Below, in pieces: positions 43,508 to 53,155 of a DNA stretch of 64,000 bases. Position numbers and translations under genes: made by a program. How positions within the stretch are numbered: position 1 is the first letter of the stretch; the number at the start of each line of letters is the position of its first letter. Where the stretch lies: the IMG/VR virus record IMGVR_UViG_3300033997_000478, positions 124,001-188,000 of that record, one strand, 5' to 3'. The notes beneath the pieces were generated by a model that worked only from the letters and a program-made list of their open reading frames with translations, was not told the origin of the DNA and did no database searches.

Positions 43508-45049
43508 ATGCACACCAACACCAAGTACGTCTTCTCCGAAGGCCAGCATTTCCCCCTCAACGCCAAGTTCAATGCCGTCGGTGGCAATCCGGCGCCGACC
43601 CAGGGCCTGTCCCTGGTGGAAGTGATCACCCGTGCCAAGCGCCAGACCGGCCTGGTCCGCTCCGAGTACAACGAGCTGACCGATGAAGGTATCACCCCGC
43701 AGAACTCCACGCTGGTGCGCGATGGCGTGGCCGACGTGATCGTCACGATCGACGGCCTGTACCATCGCCTGGGCTTGGCCTATCCGACGGCCGTCCACAA
43801 TCCGGACAACTTCGAGCTGATCCCGGAAGCCACGATCGTCGCCGAAGTCGAAGGGTCGCTGACCAGCACCTACATCGCCCTCAACGCCATCGAAGCGCTG
43901 ATCAAGGAACTGGAGATCTACAGCCTGGCCGAATCCCGCGGTGAGATCCTGCAGTTCCCGGCCGCGGTGATCGTGCAGCAGATCAACCTGTACGCCAACG
44001 TCGTACTGCTGTCCATGCACCAGATCGCCTACGCCCTGCACTTCGACCTGCTCGAAGACCAGCGCACCGTGTACTCTTCCAACATGTCCAAGTTCGCCCA
44101 GGACCCGGAAGTGGCCGAGCGCGGTGTGGCCAAGTACGCCGCTCTGGACGTGCCGGCTGGCGTGTTCCCGGTGGAAACCGACGGCGAGACCTACTACGTG
44201 GTCAAGTGCACTGCTGAAGGTCCGATCAAGGGCAACGACGGCGGCGACTACAGCCCCGGCAAGATCCTCAAGGGCGTGGACTTCCACAAGCCGCGCTGGA
44301 CCGCGCTGAGCGAAGCTGGTGAGCGTCGCTTCGGCATCCTGTTCGGCAAGATCGAGCCGATCGCCTTCGATGCCATGGCCGCTGCACGTGAGCAGGTGGA
44401 GAAGGAACTGCGCGAGAACTCCTACGGTGGCGGTTGGGCGCTGGCCGATTCCGATGACGTGCAGTACTTCGAGGTCTCCTACGAAGACGGCAGCAATGAA
44501 AAGACCCTGCGCTTCTACAACGTCAACGAGAAGATCGACGGCCGCTCCAGTGCCGATGAAGACTTCGCCACCCGCCCCATCAAGGACTACAAGGTCGGCG
44601 ACCTGATCCTGATCCCCAGCGGCGAAGACTACGTTGAAGTGCAGCTGCTGAAGACCTACCTGCACGTGCCGGCGACGACCGAAGTGGTTGAGACCTCCGA
44701 AGCGCCGGCCGGCGGTAGCTCCTACACCTTCCACTTCGACCCGGCTGAAGAATCCGAGGTCTGGGAAAACGCTCCGGCTGCGCTGCAGATCTACGCACGC
44801 CAGAAGCTCGAAGACGGCACCTGGGGTGAGACCCAGAGCCTGCCGGCCTCGCAGATCCGTGAAGGCATGTCCATCGGTGTGGAAACCGGTCCGCTGGATG
44901 CCATCCGCTTCGCCACCGTCACCAAGGTCGAAACCTTGGAGTTCGGTTACGATCCGGGTGTTGAAGAAGAAACCGTGAACGATGGTGACATCGAAGGTAC
45001 CGAGGGCGACGCCCCGGCCGACGAAGCCGAGAACTCCACGGCCGGCTGA
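43508..45049 (+). CDS. MazG-like (DR2231/PRA-PH-type) NTP pyrophosphohydrolase with a long acidic C-terminal extension
   Basis: SEYNEL...RDGVADVIVT...VYSSNMSKF...GKILKGVDFHKP. Confidence 0.78.
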   Translation: MHTNTKYVFSEGQHFPLNAKFNAVGGNPAPTQGLSLVEVITRAKRQTGLVRSEYNELTDEGITPQNSTLVRDGVADVIVTIDGLYHRLGLAYPTAVHNPDNFELIPEATIVAEVEGSLTSTYIALNAIEALIKELEIYSLAESRGEILQFPAAVIVQQINLYANVVLLSMHQIAYALHFDLLEDQRTVYSSNMSKFAQDPEVAERGVAKYAALDVPAGVFPVETDGETYYVVKCTAEGPIKGNDGGDYSPGKILKGVDFHKPRWTALSEAGERRFGILFGKIEPIAFDAMAAAREQVEKELRENSYGGGWALADSDDVQYFEVSYEDGSNEKTLRFYNVNEKIDGRSSADEDFATRPIKDYKVGDLILIPSGEDYVEVQLLKTYLHVPATTEVVETSEAPAGGSSYTFHFDPAEESEVWENAPAALQIYARQKLEDGTWGETQSLPASQIREGMSIGVETGPLDAIRFATVTKVETLEFGYDPGVEEETVNDGDIEGTEGDAPADEAENSTAG

Positions 45050-45065
45050 GTAACACCGTAACACC

Positions 45066-45099
45066 ATAACGCGGGGACCTTCGGGTCCCCGCTTATGCC
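45066..45099 (+). terminator. Intrinsic terminator
   Basis: CATAA-c-gcggggacc-TTCG-ggtccccgc-TTATGC. Confidence 0.8.
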
Positions 45100-45121
45100 T
45101 CTTTCTCTAACATGGAGTGCA

Positions 45122-45775
45122 ATGATGATCTACTACAGTCCCTACAAGTTCGGCCGTATCCAAGTCCAGTTCAACATGAACGCGAACGACGCCTACCAGT
45201 CGGCCAGCGTGTCCTCGGTCAAGTGGGGCGACTTCACAACCGTACCTGCAGAAATCGTTCTGGGTGAACACACCTTCACCAAGCGCTGGGATCTGCCGGC
45301 TATGGCGTTCAGCCAGAACACTGGTCATTACAGGAACGAACGGCCGGACTTCACCACCGTCACTGAGTTGTACCGCGCGTACTTCATCAAAGCGCTGCGC
45401 AGTGATAACGAGCGCCTGGAGTCCCTGTCCTTCGCCGACTGGCTGGAACTGACCACCAACCGTGGTGGGTTCAACGAAGTGGCAGCCATCGATCTGTTCA
45501 TCGATGAACAGGGCAAGACGTGGCTGGTGCGGATCGTCAAGGGCGAGATCGAATACACCCTGCTCGAAACGGCCACGATCATCGCCGGTCTGAAGCCCTT
45601 CGATCTGGCAGCCTTGGTTGAACGTCGTCGGGCCGCGTTGCAGACGCACCTGGCGGAACTGGACATCATGGAAGAGCGCATGAAGGATGAAGGTCACATC
45701 CTGTTTTTTGATGACTATCACCCCGAGAAACCGCGCCTGCGGATGTCCAGCTACATCGAGAGTCTTCTGACGTAA
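45122..45775 (+). CDS. Hypothetical protein
   Basis: GGAG SD. Confidence 0.72.
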   Translation: MMIYYSPYKFGRIQVQFNMNANDAYQSASVSSVKWGDFTTVPAEIVLGEHTFTKRWDLPAMAFSQNTGHYRNERPDFTTVTELYRAYFIKALRSDNERLESLSFADWLELTTNRGGFNEVAAIDLFIDEQGKTWLVRIVKGEIEYTLLETATIIAGLKPFDLAALVERRRAALQTHLAELDIMEERMKDEGHILFFDDYHPEKPRLRMSSYIESLLT

Positions 45776-45835
45776 TTCCCAAGGCGTGAAATCTCACGCC
45801 TCCGGGTAATCCTACGCCTCCCAAGGAAAACGAAC

Positions 45836-46057
45836 ATGCCTGTTCCTACCGCCAACTTTACCATCCCCAAGTCACGCGTGGATGCCTTCTATGCTCAGCA
45901 TCCCAAGCAGACGCAGCTGCGTCTGGGGCAGGCGTTCTACAACTACATGGAACTGGGCAAGATGACCCAGGACCGTGACTTCACCGATGCGATGCATGCG
46001 GCCGATGGCCAGCGTGCTCGCGACCTGATCACCTCCATCACCGACCCCTCGAACTGA
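45836..46057 (+). CDS. Small phage protein (LRLGQAF motif)
   Basis: AAGGA SD. Confidence 0.68.
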   Translation: MPVPTANFTIPKSRVDAFYAQHPKQTQLRLGQAFYNYMELGKMTQDRDFTDAMHAADGQRARDLITSITDPSN

Positions 46058-46059
46058 CC

Positions 46060-46668
46060 ATGAGTATTCTCTCCGACATCTCCATCGCCAAACTTTGCCA
46101 AGCAGATCGACCGATGATCACCCCGTTCAAGCCGGAATCGATCAAGGAGGTCGGACGCGCAGATGGCGGTCGTATGAGGATTATTTCGGCTGGCCTCACC
46201 TCGTTCGGCTATGACGTCAGTCTGGCCCGTGAGGTCAAGATCTTCTCCAACATCCACTCGGCCGAGATCGACCCCAAGCGTTTTGATCAGGACAAGTGCC
46301 TGATCGAACCGATCATCCGCAAGGATACCGACGGGGCTGAATACGTCACCCTGCCGGCCAACAGCTATCTGCTGGGTCCGACCGAAGAGTACTTCCACAT
46401 CCCGCGTGACATCATGGTCATCTGCGTGGGCAAGAGCACCTACGCCCGTTCGGGTGTGGTGATCAACACCACGCCGATCGAACCGGGCTTTGAAGGACAG
46501 GTGGTGATCGAGGTGTACAACGGCACGACCTCCCCGGTACGCATCTACCTCAATGAAGGAATTGCACAGTTCCTTTTTTTGAAAGGCGACCAAGCGTGCA
46601 AGGTCAGCTACAAGGACCGCGCAGGAAAATACATGTTGCAGACGGGCATCACCATGTCCAAGGTGTGA
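46060..46668 (+). CDS. dcd: dCTP deaminase
   Basis: ILSD...SFGYDV...GKSTYARSG...TPIEPGFEGQ...NEGIAQ...SY.DRAGKY..Q. Confidence 0.95.
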   Translation: MSILSDISIAKLCQADRPMITPFKPESIKEVGRADGGRMRIISAGLTSFGYDVSLAREVKIFSNIHSAEIDPKRFDQDKCLIEPIIRKDTDGAEYVTLPANSYLLGPTEEYFHIPRDIMVICVGKSTYARSGVVINTTPIEPGFEGQVVIEVYNGTTSPVRIYLNEGIAQFLFLKGDQACKVSYKDRAGKYMLQTGITMSKV

Positions 46669-46670
46669 TT

Positions 46671-47132
46671 ATGTCAAAGCAAAATCAACGGCAGTACTAC
46701 GTCACTAACCCTCAGGCCATCGATCGTTACTTTTGGCTGACCCTACTGCCAGCGACCAACGACAGCGGGTTTCGCTATATTGGCGAGATGACATTCGTCG
46801 AAGCCTTAGCCACGCACCGCCAGAACGATTTTGTTCTGGCCACGCTGGACGACGTCAATGAGATCTGGCGCATCCTGAACCATCCGGATACACAGAACTG
46901 CTCGATCATGTTTGAAGTGGAAGGGGTTGAACTCAAACCCATGGCCACTACCCGCAACTGGTCATTCAAGGCGCTGAACATGCCGGCCACCTTCGAGGAT
47001 GAGGAAGATTACGAAAGGTGGCAGCTTAAGCAGTCCATCTACACCCATCACCTCTACATCGCTGTCTACGATCTGGATGTGGCCAAACGTATTTTCCGTG
47101 TCTTAACCGCAGAGGAAGTCAATCCGTCATGA
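46671..47132 (+). CDS. Hypothetical protein
   Basis: ATG directly after the dcd stop. Confidence 0.68.
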   Translation: MSKQNQRQYYVTNPQAIDRYFWLTLLPATNDSGFRYIGEMTFVEALATHRQNDFVLATLDDVNEIWRILNHPDTQNCSIMFEVEGVELKPMATTRNWSFKALNMPATFEDEEDYERWQLKQSIYTHHLYIAVYDLDVAKRIFRVLTAEEVNPS

Positions 47133-47422
47133 GCGGACCCAAGTGGTATCACATCGTCTTGATGATCGGTGGTGCTGTGGCGTTGGGTACGCTCGGTGGG
47201 AAGATCGTCGCTGAAAAGGCGGCGGAAAACCAACGAGAGTGGGAGCGCTTTGAAGCCTCCCACGGCGGCTGCTGGCGTACTGGTGCGTATGACGTCAGTA
47301 CGTCCCTCGTGCCGATCTACGGTCCAGATGCCAGCGGCAACCTGACGATCATCACCTGGACCACCCAAGACGACTACACCTATCATTGGATCTGTCGCGA
47401 CGGGGTCACCTACAAGCGTTGA
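47129..47422 (+). CDS. Membrane-anchored small protein with a Cys pair
   Basis: N-terminal TM; ends WICRDGVTYKR. Confidence 0.68.
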   Translation: MSGPKWYHIVLMIGGAVALGTLGGKIVAEKAAENQREWERFEASHGGCWRTGAYDVSTSLVPIYGPDASGNLTIITWTTQDDYTYHWICRDGVTYKR

Positions 47423-47432
47423 AGGAAAAGAA

Positions 47433-47777
47433 ATGTCTGCATCCAGCAATGGTCCTCGCTTGACTCTTCGTGAGAAGCTAGAGCTGACCCGTCCCTCAAA
47501 CCCGGAATTCCAGAGACTGGCGGGGTTGACTCAGGAGGAAGTGCAATGGGGCATCAAGACCCTTGAAGACACCGTCCGGTACTTCAGTATTGAGATGGAC
47601 ATCAATGATGGCATGATCCTCACCAAGGAACAGGCCGACTTCTACCTGAGTCACGGAAAGTATTTGGATGAGGTAGTCACGCCCAAGAATTATCCGCCGG
47701 ATAGTCCGGCATGGGGCTATTTTGCCAAGCGTAATAAGTTCTTCGAAGAACATCCCGAACTGAGAATCGAGCAATGA
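47433..47777 (+). CDS. Hypothetical protein
   Basis: AAGGA SD. Confidence 0.65.
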   Translation: MSASSNGPRLTLREKLELTRPSNPEFQRLAGLTQEEVQWGIKTLEDTVRYFSIEMDINDGMILTKEQADFYLSHGKYLDEVVTPKNYPPDSPAWGYFAKRNKFFEEHPELRIEQ

Positions 47778-48160
47778 ACGATTTGAAGAAAGGCCTTTAC
47801 ATCGGGAAGGACGAGAAACCTGAGGACGTCCTCCCGCCGCGTTACGAGGTGCATGCGCCTATGGCGCCCCATCCGGTGGAGCTGGCCATTGCCGGGTTCT
47901 GCCTGTCCTGGCTCACCCTGATGGGCTGGTGCCTGTTTGTGGTGGTCTTGGGTCTGACTTATTTCACCATGGCCGTAGGCTTAGTGGTCAGTGTCATTGG
48001 TGGTATTCGCGCACTGATCGACCCAAGTCAATTGGCGTCGAATTGGTGGATCTACCCAACTTACTTCATCGTTGGCGCGGCCGTGGCTGTTTTGCTCGAT
48101 CGCATTCGCCGTAACGGGTTGAATAAACTCGGAGCGTGGGCCAAGAAGTACGGCATCTAA
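47774..48160 (+). CDS. Membrane protein
   Basis: Hydrophobic segments; ATGA overlap. Confidence 0.68.
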   Translation: MNDLKKGLYIGKDEKPEDVLPPRYEVHAPMAPHPVELAIAGFCLSWLTLMGWCLFVVVLGLTYFTMAVGLVVSVIGGIRALIDPSQLASNWWIYPTYFIVGAAVAVLLDRIRRNGLNKLGAWAKKYGI

Positions 48161-48175
48161 CCCAAGGACAAGTCG

Positions 48176-48610
48176 ATGAGTTACTACGACGAGGAATATC
48201 AGCACGGTCAGCTCATCCAGACGGTGGCCTGGCTTTTGCGTTCAGCGGTACGGGTGACCGATGAAGCGACGATCAAGGAAATCTGCGCTCCCCTGGAGGC
48301 CACCCCCTACTCGGAACTGCGTGACTTCGGTCAACACGGACTGATGGTTCACGCCCTGCAGAACTACCCTGAACTGCTGGCCCGGTGGGAGCTCCATCAG
48401 GACGCGGTACAGGTGGTCTCTGGCGAACCCAAAGAGGTCATCAGACCCGGACTGATTCCGGCGTCCCAAGGCTTCCGCCCGCTGGAGAATCCTGACCAAC
48501 ACATCGACACGCTGAAAGCGCTGGTCGCTCCGTCGTTTTACGTCAAGACCGACAAGGACGGTAAAAAGTCCTACGAGCTGCGCCCTGTCAATATTGACGC
48601 AAGGAGCTGA
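48176..48610 (+). CDS. Hypothetical protein
   Basis: AAGGA SD. Confidence 0.68.
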   Translation: MSYYDEEYQHGQLIQTVAWLLRSAVRVTDEATIKEICAPLEATPYSELRDFGQHGLMVHALQNYPELLARWELHQDAVQVVSGEPKEVIRPGLIPASQGFRPLENPDQHIDTLKALVAPSFYVKTDKDGKKSYELRPVNIDARS

Positions 48611-48611
48611 G

Positions 48612-49103
48612 ATGTCACAGCGTCAGGATAAAATCGAATACGAACTGGCACTGCGTTCGCCCCAAACCGGAGGCTTCGGCTTTGTCATCCGGTGGCAATG
48701 GTCTTTTGCCACTGATAGTGGTCGCATCCTCCATGCCAACGCGAAGTGTTATCGGTGCGAAAGTGCAGACGATGTGGACTACGCCGACGTGCCGACCGCT
48801 CCGTTCCACTACGAGAAGGTCCGCATTTTGAGCGACAGCAGGCCGGCCGAATTGAACGAGTTTGACAGCGCCACTCCGGTTCTTGATCTCTCGGTGAAAT
48901 GGGATGGGTGTACCAACACCAATTTTGCCCAGTATCTCCATCTCTGTGAATTGGACTACATGGTCCAGTTCGCCGACCTGATCAAGTACGTCACCAACAA
49001 GGCAGCCAAGGCCTTTGAGGAATCGGGTGGCGTTGATGCCGAAATCACCGAAGGTGGCCTGACCTACCTTCCGCCCATCCCCTATCAACCTCAGGGTACC
49101 TGA
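48612..49103 (+). CDS. Hypothetical protein (VKWDGC motif)
   Basis: AAGGAG SD. Confidence 0.7.
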   Translation: MSQRQDKIEYELALRSPQTGGFGFVIRWQWSFATDSGRILHANAKCYRCESADDVDYADVPTAPFHYEKVRILSDSRPAELNEFDSATPVLDLSVKWDGCTNTNFAQYLHLCELDYMVQFADLIKYVTNKAAKAFEESGGVDAEITEGGLTYLPPIPYQPQGT

Positions 49104-49105
49104 TC

Positions 49106-49459
49106 ATGCACCCGGAAAATTTCGAACGCTCGGAACTTCCCTATAGTTCGCGCTACACCCTGCTGTGGAACGGATCGATCCCGCCGGCTGCACCGCCGCC
49201 AGTTCTGTCGCGCCTGCAGAGCATGCTCAACTACGTCCACCTCAGGTGGCAGATCAACACGACCCGCCGTCGGGTCAGCAACGACAACGTGCGCGCCCTG
49301 ATGTCCATGGTGGCAATCATGGAGGCTCTGTCGCCGCCGGCACCACCGACGTTCGTGCAACTGCTTCTGCGTCCCTTCCGCAAGATCTACTACCGGCTCA
49401 AGGACAAGTTCTTCCCCGAGCCGGAAGTCCCCTACACCTGCCCCTGCTGTGAACACTGA
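49106..49459 (+). CDS. Hypothetical protein
   Basis: ORF track. Confidence 0.62.
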   Translation: MHPENFERSELPYSSRYTLLWNGSIPPAAPPPVLSRLQSMLNYVHLRWQINTTRRRVSNDNVRALMSMVAIMEALSPPAPPTFVQLLLRPFRKIYYRLKDKFFPEPEVPYTCPCCEH

Positions 49460-49466
49460 GGTTACC

Positions 49467-50219
49467 ATGTCCGACAACAAGCCGTTTTCGATCATCATCG
49501 CCGACTCGATGGAGGCCGTGAAGAAAATCCACGCCACCCGTGAACTGCCGCCGCTGGTGAGCTGGAAGGAAGAAAGCGATCGCCTGGAAGCGCAGGCACA
49601 GGGCGCCAACGAGACGGCCGTGGCCTTGGCTGCAGCCCATCTGAAGGCCGGCTACCTGATGAAGCTGCGCGACGCCACGCTCTACGTGCTGGTCGAAGAG
49701 CAGATCTTGCGCCAGCAAGACGCCATGCGCGCCGCACGTTTCCCGGAGAAGGCGTTCTTTGTGGCCAATGAATGCTGGATCCACATCGACGGCTTTGCCT
49801 CCAACATCCGCGATCGGAGCGGTGGCCAGGGGATGTACAAGATCGACGAAATCCCGGTACCGTTCGATCTGCTCACGGTGCCGCAGTTTGGCAATGGCGC
49901 CACCGTCCTGCAGACCCAGCTGGTCAGCCGCGCGAAGGGTTACATCGCCACCCTGATCGACACCAACGCCGAAAACATGCGCATGTCGGTGATCAGCGTG
50001 GTCGATCATCTGACCGGCGACCTGACCGATCCGGCTGAATACACCGCCGATTCGATTTCGGCCGTCCCGTTCAAGGGCGAAGTGCCGGATCTGCCGGCGG
50101 AAACCTGGGTGCTGCGTCGCCACATCACCGGTACCGAGATCGTCCACCATCTGGGTTACTTCACCAACGAAGAAGGCGCCAAGGCTGCTCTAGAATACCT
50201 CAAGAGCTACCCGCGTTAA
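49467..50219 (+). CDS. Hypothetical protein
   Basis: GAGG SD; codon bias. Confidence 0.75.
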   Translation: MSDNKPFSIIIADSMEAVKKIHATRELPPLVSWKEESDRLEAQAQGANETAVALAAAHLKAGYLMKLRDATLYVLVEEQILRQQDAMRAARFPEKAFFVANECWIHIDGFASNIRDRSGGQGMYKIDEIPVPFDLLTVPQFGNGATVLQTQLVSRAKGYIATLIDTNAENMRMSVISVVDHLTGDLTDPAEYTADSISAVPFKGEVPDLPAETWVLRRHITGTEIVHHLGYFTNEEGAKAALEYLKSYPR

Positions 50220-50245
50220 CCAAGCAACTACAAGGAGAGCTTTGC

Positions 50246-50929
50246 ATGCGTATCCATCTTGTCCGCCACGGCGAATCGGAAGGTAACGTCAAGCTGCACG
50301 ATTACTCGATCGCAGGTGACCACCAGGTCAAGCTGACCGCACGCGGCATCGAACAGGCCCAAGCAGCCGGCCAGTGGCTGTCCAAAGCCCTGTCCCAGTG
50401 CTACACCGGTCGCACGCTGCTGTACCGCTCGCCGTACCACCGCACCCGCCAGACGCTCAATGCCATGCTGAACGCGGCCAACATCCACTTCGACAACGAC
50501 GAACAAGCGCCGCCGATCTACGAAGATCCACGCCTACGTGAAGTGGAGCACGGTTACGGGCAGGACGTAGACGATCAAGACGACCTGCACAAGGTCCACG
50601 GGTTCTTCTACTACCGTTACCGCAACGGTGAGAGCCCGGCAGACTGCTACGATCGCATGTGTACCTTCACCGACAGCATGCATCGTCAGGTCGCCCGTAA
50701 GGGCGCTGAGGACGTGGTGATTGTCAGCCATGGCCTTACCATCCGCTGCTTCGTGATGCGCTTCCTGAAGCTCTCCCCGGAGCAGTTTGACAGCATGGCC
50801 AACCCGAAGAACTGCGCCATCATCACCATTGACCTGAAGGAGAACCTGATCGACCCGGTGTTCACCAACGGCCGCTGGGGTGTCACGGGTCTCCAACTGC
50901 GCGAGCCCGCCGTGGTGGAGGTGGTCTGA
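50246..50929 (+). CDS. Histidine phosphatase (phosphoglycerate mutase family)
   Basis: LVRHGESEGN, SPYHRTRQT, PRLRE, GES, VSHG. Confidence 0.92.
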   Translation: MRIHLVRHGESEGNVKLHDYSIAGDHQVKLTARGIEQAQAAGQWLSKALSQCYTGRTLLYRSPYHRTRQTLNAMLNAANIHFDNDEQAPPIYEDPRLREVEHGYGQDVDDQDDLHKVHGFFYYRYRNGESPADCYDRMCTFTDSMHRQVARKGAEDVVIVSHGLTIRCFVMRFLKLSPEQFDSMANPKNCAIITIDLKENLIDPVFTNGRWGVTGLQLREPAVVEVV

Positions 50930-51009
50930 TGCGTCAGCCTCTTTTCTACACCGGGCCGCTACCGGCCCATCTGCAACGCATGTTGTCGGAGACCAAAAAA
51001 GAAGTGGAC

Positions 51010-51237
51010 ATGACCAACCAACAGACCAAGCCGGTGGCCACTGAGTTCCCGCAGCCGGAACGCATCACTCAGGCCGGTACTCCGGCAACGGCCCTGCACT
51101 CGCTTCGCTCCGACCGGCGTCCCGGTGATTACGAGTCCGAGCCGTGCGAGGCCGAAGACTACTCCACTGACCGTCGTCCGGAATGGCAGAAGATCGCCTC
51201 CCGTGGTGGTCGCTCCCGTCCCAACCGCAAGAGGTAA
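51010..51237 (+). CDS. Small hypothetical protein (start uncertain, possibly 50929)
   Basis: ORF track. Confidence 0.5.
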   Translation: MTNQQTKPVATEFPQPERITQAGTPATALHSLRSDRRPGDYESEPCEAEDYSTDRRPEWQKIASRGGRSRPNRKR

Positions 51238-51240
51238 TCC

Positions 51241-52272
51241 ATGTCCTACGAAGTACTGCTGCTCCCGCTGAACCGTCCGACCGTGAACGGCCGCATCTAT
51301 ACCCGCGAAGCCATTGCTGGCGCACTGGAAAGTCTGAAAGAGCGCGTGGCCGCCGGTGATGTGATCGGTGAATTCGGCTCGCCCCGCGCACGCGTCGGCG
51401 GCGATCCCGACGAAGCAATGCGGATCGACATGAGCCGCCGCTGCCTGCGGGTGATCGAGATCGATCTGCGCGAAGACGGCCTCTACGGCAAGATCGCGGC
51501 CGAAGGCCCGATGGCTGACAAGCTGGTGGACGCGATCGAAACCGGCAAGGACAGTATCCCCGTGATGAGCATGCGGTCCCTGAGCCGCCTGTCTGTCGCC
51601 ACGCCTAATGTGAAGGAGACCGCGAAGATCATCACCTTTGACTTCGACGAGCAGGTGGCCTACGCCAAGCACGAAGCCAACGCCACATCGCTGTCGCCGG
51701 CCGGTGGTATCGCTCCGCACATGGAAGCGGTCCGGTACGCGCTGGTCCACGATGCCGAGTACGCCTGGTCCTGGTTCTGCAACCTGAAGATGCCGCATAT
51801 CGACGCAGGTGCCAGCTGGGCCTCCGCCTCCGAGGGCGCCGCTCGATTCCTGTCGATCCTGACCGGCTGTGAGTTGGACATCACCAAGCACCCCAACTGG
51901 GCCAACAATGCCGCAATCGATGCGCGGACTGACGCCGAGAAGGTCGACACCTTCCCGGAAGTGTCGAGCGACCGCAACGTGATGAACATCATCGTCGAAG
52001 CGCCGGCCCACCACGGTGGTCAGATGGTGGCCACGGCCTTGGGCCAGTTCCTGAACAAGGTACTGCCGAACACCACGATCCACGAGCGCAAGGGCGCGTG
52101 GGATGAAGTCACGACGCTGGAGCATCAAGCGGCGGTCCGCAAGGCCGTTGAAGATGGCCAACTGGAAATCGACACCTGGAATCGTGACTTCGTGGAGGAC
52201 CGCGAGTTTGCCGTTGTTGTCCAAGCGCGTCCGCGCCGTGAACTGCGTTTCGACAAGCGCCTGAAGGACTGA
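51241..52272 (+). CDS. Fusion protein with an N-terminal T4 gp21/S80 prohead-protease-like domain lacking the catalytic His
   Basis: NGRIY...GEFGSP...GPMA...MSMRS...IITFD. Confidence 0.68.
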   Translation: MSYEVLLLPLNRPTVNGRIYTREAIAGALESLKERVAAGDVIGEFGSPRARVGGDPDEAMRIDMSRRCLRVIEIDLREDGLYGKIAAEGPMADKLVDAIETGKDSIPVMSMRSLSRLSVATPNVKETAKIITFDFDEQVAYAKHEANATSLSPAGGIAPHMEAVRYALVHDAEYAWSWFCNLKMPHIDAGASWASASEGAARFLSILTGCELDITKHPNWANNAAIDARTDAEKVDTFPEVSSDRNVMNIIVEAPAHHGGQMVATALGQFLNKVLPNTTIHERKGAWDEVTTLEHQAAVRKAVEDGQLEIDTWNRDFVEDREFAVVVQARPRRELRFDKRLKD

Positions 52273-52275
52273 GTC

Positions 52276-52449
52276 ATGTACGACTCAGAGTGGAAACAGT
52301 TTCTGTTTGCAGCATTGGCACTCGTAGGTGGTATCGGCTTTTTCGTCCTGCACTTCCTCGAGTACCGTGAGGCAGGAACGTTCTCGCTGATCATGGCCAT
52401 GTTGAGCGGGATTCGCTGGATAGATGGTCCTGGCGCCACACTGATCTGA
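52276..52449 (+). CDS. Small membrane protein (57 aa)
   Basis: Read by eye; AAGGA SD; terminator follows. Confidence 0.55.
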   Translation: MYDSEWKQFLFAALALVGGIGFFVLHFLEYREAGTFSLIMAMLSGIRWIDGPGATLI

Positions 52450-52454
52450 ATAAA

Positions 52455-52497
52455 GCCCCCTGCCTTCGGGCAGGGGGTCTTATGGCCTTTATTTTTT
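52455..52497 (+). terminator. Intrinsic terminator
   Basis: ccccctgcc-TTCG-ggcaggggg followed by a T-rich tail. Confidence 0.8.
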
Positions 52498-52587
52498 CAT
52501 TGGGCGTGATGGTTCTATGAACCCAAGCGTTTTGAGATCCTTAGTATCCATCTGAGGCTGCCCAATGCAATGCCTTAGGAGGATAAG

Positions 52588-52710
52588 ATGATCAAGAATC
52601 TGCTTGCCCTGATCGGTACCGGTGCCGTGGTCTATGCGGCTGTGAAGATCAACAACTGGATCGTGGCGATCCGTGTACAAGAGGAGCTCAACCGCCGTGG
52701 AAACGCCTAA
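52588..52710 (+). CDS. Small membrane protein (40 aa)
   Basis: AGGAGG SD; MIKNLLALIGTGAVVYAAVKINNWIVAI. Confidence 0.6.
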   Translation: MIKNLLALIGTGAVVYAAVKINNWIVAIRVQEELNRRGNA

Positions 52711-53155
52711 AGGAGAATCCCTGTCCACCTTCGCCGCCCGCATGGGTATGCTGGGTGCGACTCCGCAAAAGATGGACGACCCGAAGGATAGAGAAGCGCT
52801 GCAGGCTCTCTTCCGACGACTTCGCAACTTCGCCCAGGCCCAGGAACCCATCTTCCTTCCAGCGTCTGCACCGACGGCTGAGTTCACCCAGGAAATGAAG
52901 GACCTGATCGAATTCGCCGAATGGACTGCCGGTAAGGAGATCCCGAAGTGGCATCGCGACATCCTGCTGGGCATGGAGCGTGACGCTCCGCGTATGCAGG
53001 TCGCCGACCTGATGTTCAACATCCCGGTGGCCGAAACGTCGGAAGCGGGGAAGTTCCTGACCATCACCCGAGCCAAGTCGCGCGAAGGCGCGGTTGAAAA
53101 CCTGGCCATCAACCCCACCCGGCTGCGGGTGGGTAATTTCATCAAGGATCTGTAA
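52697..53155 (+). CDS. Hypothetical protein
   Basis: GAGGAG SD before GTG 52697. Confidence 0.65.
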   Translation: METPKGESLSTFAARMGMLGATPQKMDDPKDREALQALFRRLRNFAQAQEPIFLPASAPTAEFTQEMKDLIEFAEWTAGKEIPKWHRDILLGMERDAPRMQVADLMFNIPVAETSEAGKFLTITRAKSREGAVENLAINPTRLRVGNFIKDL

